Assembly: GCA_963717935.1 (NCBI GenBank)
Contig: CAVQXP010000004.1
Location: 1,888,001-1,952,000, forward strand
From: Candidatus Eiseniibacteriota bacterium
GTDB lineage: Bacteria > Eisenbacteria > RBG-16-71-46
Direction: 5' to 3'
Length of the DNA: 64,000 nucleotides
Shown: positions 60,131-64,000 of the stretch, piece after piece
Position numbering within the stretch: position 1 is the stretch's first letter
Layout of the letters: each line of letters begins with the position of its first letter
Translations under genes and position numbers: made by a program
Notes under the pieces: generated by a model
The model's database searches: none
Told to the model about the DNA's origin: nothing
Seen by the model: the letters and a program-made list of their open reading frames with translations, nothing else

Positions 60131-60160
60131 TTGACCCCCTCCGCCGGAGCGCGATAGCCT
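60131..60160 (+). promoter_or_regulatory. Putative sigma70 promoter for rseP
   Basis: TTGACC-N18-TAGCCT. Confidence 0.55.
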
Positions 60161-60192
60161 GCGGGAAACCGGCCCCTTAGAAGGGAACTCTC

Positions 60193-61576
60193 TTGCACTG
60201 GATGAGCGTCGTGAAGGCTGTCGGCCCCGGCGTCGTGCTGCTGGGCCTCGTCATCTTCGTCCACGAGTTCGGGCACTTCCTGGCCGCCAAGCTGCGCGGG
60301 GTCCGCGTCACGCGGTTCTCCATGGGATTCGGGCCCGCCATGCTCCGCACGACTCGCGGCGAGACCGAGTACCGGCTCGCCTGGTTCCCCCTGGGTGGCT
60401 ATGTCCAGATGGCGGGGGACAGCCCGGGCGAGGACGGCAGCATGCCTGGTGGGCGGGATGAGTTCCTCTCGCACCCGTGGGTGGGGCGGCTCCTCATCGC
60501 GGTGGCGGGCCCGCTCGCGAACCTGATCACCGCCTTCGTCGTGATGGTCTCGGTGGGGCTCGTCGGGGTCCAGTACCCCGACTACGCCAGCCGGCTCGGC
60601 GTCACGCCCGACACCAGCCAGGCGTTCCTGGCGGGCCTGCGCGAAGGGGACCGCGTGGTGGAGGTGGGTGGGCGGCCGGTGAAGTCCTGGATCGAGATCT
60701 TCACCGTGAGCGAGCGCCAGCCGAAGGGTCGTCCGCTGCCGGTGCTCGTCCAGCGGGGGGCTGCGCTGCTCTCGATCACGCTCCCTGCGGAGCGGCGGGA
60801 GCCCGTGCTCTTGAGTCTGCGCCGTCCCTCCGACCCGCCCGTGGTGGGGGTGGTGGTGACCGGGATGCCGGCCTACAAGGCGGGGATCAAGGAGGGCGAC
60901 CTCATCCTCGCGGTGAACGGCAGGCCCGTCCGCGTGTGGGAGGATCTGCCGGCGGCGCTCCAGGGCCAGACGGACATCCCGGTGCAACTGCGGGTGCGGC
61001 GCGGTGGGCAGGTCTTCGACCTGAGCGTGACGCCCATGAGCTCCGGCGAGGGGCCGGCGGCCGGGGGCCGTATCGGCATCGAGGCCCCGCGGCACGGCGT
61101 GTACGTCGAACGGCACAGCCTGATCGAGTCGGTGGACATGGGTTTCCGCGCCACCGGCGCCCTGGTGGTCAACGTGTACGCCGGCATGTGGCTCACGGTG
61201 AGCCGCCCGCTGTACTACCGCGAATACCTCGGGCGGCCCGCTCTTCATCGCCCAGGCAGCCAGCCAGCAGGCGCGGCGCGGGCTCGACTCGTACCTGCAG
61301 TTCCTCGCCATGATCAACATCGCCGATCATGGCATTCAACCTGCTGCCCATCCCCATCCTCGACGGCGGTCACATCGTGCTCGCCCTGCTGCGAGGGCGT
61401 GCGGCGGCAGGCCATCTCGGCGCGCGGTTACATCCGGTTCCAGAAGGTCGGGCTGGTGGTGATCGGCGCGCTCTTCATCATGATCCTGGCGAACGACCCG
61501 CTGCGGTGGCTGCAGCGCCAGCACGCGCTCGGCCGGGCTCCCCAGGAGAGAGACGGTTGCCCCGTCCCCACCCTAG
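60193..61576 (+). CDS. rseP: Site-2 intramembrane metalloprotease RseP, two PDZ domains (several frameshifts; end inferred)
   Basis: VHEFGH HExxH, FSMGFGP, PLGGYV, AGPLAN, two PDZ (GLREGD, GIKEGD), FNLLPIPILDGG. Confidence 0.93.
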
Positions 61577-63521
61577 GGTCCGTGCGCGGGACGCGAGCCG
61601 GGCGGGCGCCGCGCTGCTGGGGCTCCTCTTGTCCCTGGCTGGGCCCGCCGCTTCGGGCGGCGACCTCGAGAGCCAGCTCAAGACGGTCGCCGCCGTGGGG
61701 CTGCGTGGCCGGCACTCGGTCAGCGCCCGCGAGATCCGCGCGGTCCTCAAGACCCGGCCGCCGTCGTTCTGGCCGTGGGCGGAGCGCCGGCCGCTGCGCA
61801 CGGACTTCCTGGATGCGGATTGCGCGGCCGTCGAGGCGGTCTACCATCAGCACGGGTTCCTGGACGTCGCGGTGCGCGACAGCCTGCTGCCGGTGCGGGA
61901 TCCGGGCCGCGTGCGGGTGCTGTTCCTGATCCGGGAGGGCCCGCGTTCGCGCATCGTCAGCGTGGACTTCGAAGGGGTGCGGGCAGTGCCGCAGGAGGCG
62001 CTGCGCCGCGCGCTCTACGCGCGGCCCGCGCCGGCCGTTCAACCCGGCCTACCTGGTCGCCGACACGGCGATCATCGCGCGGCAGGAGGGCGAGCACGGG
62101 CACCTGCCGCGCGTGGTCGGCACGGCGCGGCGCGACGAGCGGGACTCGCTGCGGCGTGCACGTGGTCTACCGGGTGGACGAGGGGCCGGCGTTACCGGGT
62201 GGGGGCGGTGCACGTCGTGAGCCCGGAGACCCTGCGCGTGAGCGAGCGGCTCGTGCGACGCGAGTTGCTGCTCAAGCCAGGGAGCGTCTACCGGCAGTCG
62301 AAGGTGGAGGAGTCCGAGGAGCGGCTCTACGAGACCGGGCTCTTCAGCGAGGCCCAGGTCAGTCCGCAGCCCGACTCCACGAACAGCCGGATGGAGTTCT
62401 TCGTGCGCGTGCGGGGGCGCAAGCTGCGATGGCTGGACGCCGGGGTGGGCAGCGGCACGCAGGAGCGCCTGCGCTTCGAGGGGGAGTGGGGGCACCGCAA
62501 CCTCGGCAAGCACGGCCTGCAGGGGTTGCTCGGCGCGCGCCTCGCGCTCGACAAGAACGCGAGGTTCCTGCTGTCGCGGGGGGAGGTGTCCGTGCTGGAG
62601 CCCTGGCTGCTCGGCACGCGCAACCGGGCCCAGGTGACGGTCTACGCGGAGAGGCGCAAGGACTTCCGCATCGACACGCTCGAGATCGAGAAGCGGGCGC
62701 GGGGTGTCGCTTTCCAGGTGCAGCGGGGCTTCGGCCGGCTCACCTACGTGCGGCTCACGCAGGACAACACCTGGGTGGTGGAGCAGAAACCTGACCTTCC
62801 TCAATCCGAGCCTCTCAGCGGCGATCCGCGACAGCCTGCTGAAGGGCTTCCTGCCGTCGTACTCGACGCACCGCCTGCAGTTGTCCGGAGTGCGTGACCG
62901 CCGCGACAACCCGCTCAGCACCGCGCGCGGGAACCTGCAGGTGGCCTCGGCCGAGCTGGCGGGCGGGCCGTTCAAGGGCTCCACCAGCTTCACGCAAGTT
63001 CCAGGTCAGCTCCTCCTGGTTCACGCCGCTGCGCCGCCCGGGCTGGGTGTTGGCGGCGCGTGCGCGTGGCGGGCTGGTGAAGCCCTTCGGCGAGCGCCAG
63101 GACTTCGTCCCGTCGGCGGACGTGGATCGCGAGGTCGCGCGCGTCCCGACCGAGGACGTGTTCCGCCTGGGCGGCGTGAACTCGGTCCGCGGCTACGCCG
63201 AGAACGAGATCGCGCCCGCGGGCGGGCTCGCCCTGTTGAACGCCAACCTGGAGCTGCGCGTGCCGGTGGTGGGCCTCTTCGGGTTGGAAGCTGTTCGTGG
63301 ACGCCGGGAACGTCTGGGCACGCCCCGAGTTCATCCAGGCAGCGGATTTCACGCCGCGCCTCGGGCGGGCACAGCTGGACGCCGGCGACGTGCGGTACGT
63401 CTACGGCGTCGGGGGCCGGTTCAACCTGGCGTTCGCGCCCGTGCGCCTGGACGTGGCCTGGGGCGCTCAGGCCGGACACCGCGCCGGCAGCCTCCAGTTC
63501 GCCGTCGGTCCCACCTTCTGA
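61557..63521 (+). CDS. Omp85-family outer-membrane protein, TamA/BamA-like (several frameshifts)
   Basis: Signal peptide, POTRA-like segments (Y..HGFLDV...IREG; LYETGLFS), barrel HRNL, EPWL, RDNP, NSVRGY, NLELRVP, FVDAGNVW, terminal FAVGPTF. Confidence 0.85.
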
Positions 63522-64000
63522 TGACCATGAGCCCTTCCGACCCGCACGGCCCGCACGAGCCCCCCGGGGGCGAGGACGGGCATCCACCGCGGCACGGGGG
63601 CGTGGTCGAGACGCTCCGGGAGGAGGTCCAGGAGCTGCACGACCGCGTCGAGGACGCGGTGGAACACGCGCTGCCGCAGAAGGCCCGCTGGTCAGCGGGA
63701 CGCATCGCCTGGCTCATCGTGCTCTCCACCATCGGCCTCGTCGTGGTGCTGGTCGCGGGCGGACTGGCCTGGGTGACGCGGCACACGGAGTACGTCGCCG
63801 GGCACCTCACCGTGGTCGTGAACCGCGTGCTGGCCGACCACAGCAACCTCGTGCTCGAGGTGAGGGACGTGCGCGGGAACGCCTTCCGGAGCGTGACCAT
63901 CGTGGAGCCGCGGCTGCGCATCCGTGGGGACGCGGGCCCGGCCCTGCTCGAAGCTCGCTCGATGGCGCTGCGCTACGCGCCCTGGGCCCTGGCCTTCGGC
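63521..64000 (+). CDS. Probable TamB/AsmA-like protein, N-terminus (runs off the window)
   Basis: Open frame from ATG 63521 to the window end: MTMSPSDP...single TM (IAWLIVLSTIGLVVVLVAGGLAWV) then beta-rich LEVRDVRGNAFRSVTI; follows an Omp85 gene. Confidence 0.6.
   Translation, partial: MTMSPSDPHGPHEPPGGEDGHPPRHGGVVETLREEVQELHDRVEDAVEHALPQKARWSAGRIAWLIVLSTIGLVVVLVAGGLAWVTRHTEYVAGHLTVVVNRVLADHSNLVLEVRDVRGNAFRSVTIVEPRLRIRGDAGPALLEARSMALRYAPWALAFG

Overview
Very GC-rich bacterial chromosome segment. About 62 protein genes lie on the + strand and only one (DUF3467) on the - strand. Gene content points to a diderm, non-proteobacterial lineage (FCB-adjacent or candidate phylum such as Eisenbacteria/Latescibacterota; this is inference only). 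The window is mostly core genome, in this order: pilMNOPQ-aroK, a Lol-like pair, rsmD-coaD-pta, obgE, dprA, a lipid A acyltransferase, tRNA-Phe/Thr, glmM-glmS-ridA, a selenocysteine module (selD with in-frame UGA plus a SECIS-like hairpin, and selC), lepA-lepB-hemW-hrcA-grpE-dnaJ-rsmE-rpsU-cvpA-mutS2-dnaG-rpoD, tRNA-Ile2/Val, rnhA-rnpB flanked by two TMTC-like glycosyltransferases, recJ-rel-dtd-maf, rplM-rpsI-rpsB-tsf-pyrH-frr-uppS-cdsA-dxr, three glycosyltransferases, rseP and a TamA/TamB-like pair. Many genes, including essential ones, carry small indels that look like long-read consensus errors. I saw no CRISPR array, transposase or integrase. Four observations stand out. (1) A full-length, intact aconitase-fold protein lacks every Fe-S ligand and catalytic residue I could align, and sits between an FmdB zinc-ribbon gene and obgE. 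(2) A sigma54-preceded GAF histidine pseudokinase has H->Q, degenerate N/G1/G2 boxes and a triple DRR tail. (3) A perfect 31-bp palindrome and a competing hairpin pair lie between convergent genes. (4) A ~183-nt rod-like candidate ncRNA follows tRNA-Val. All family assignments come from motif recognition by eye, not database searches.
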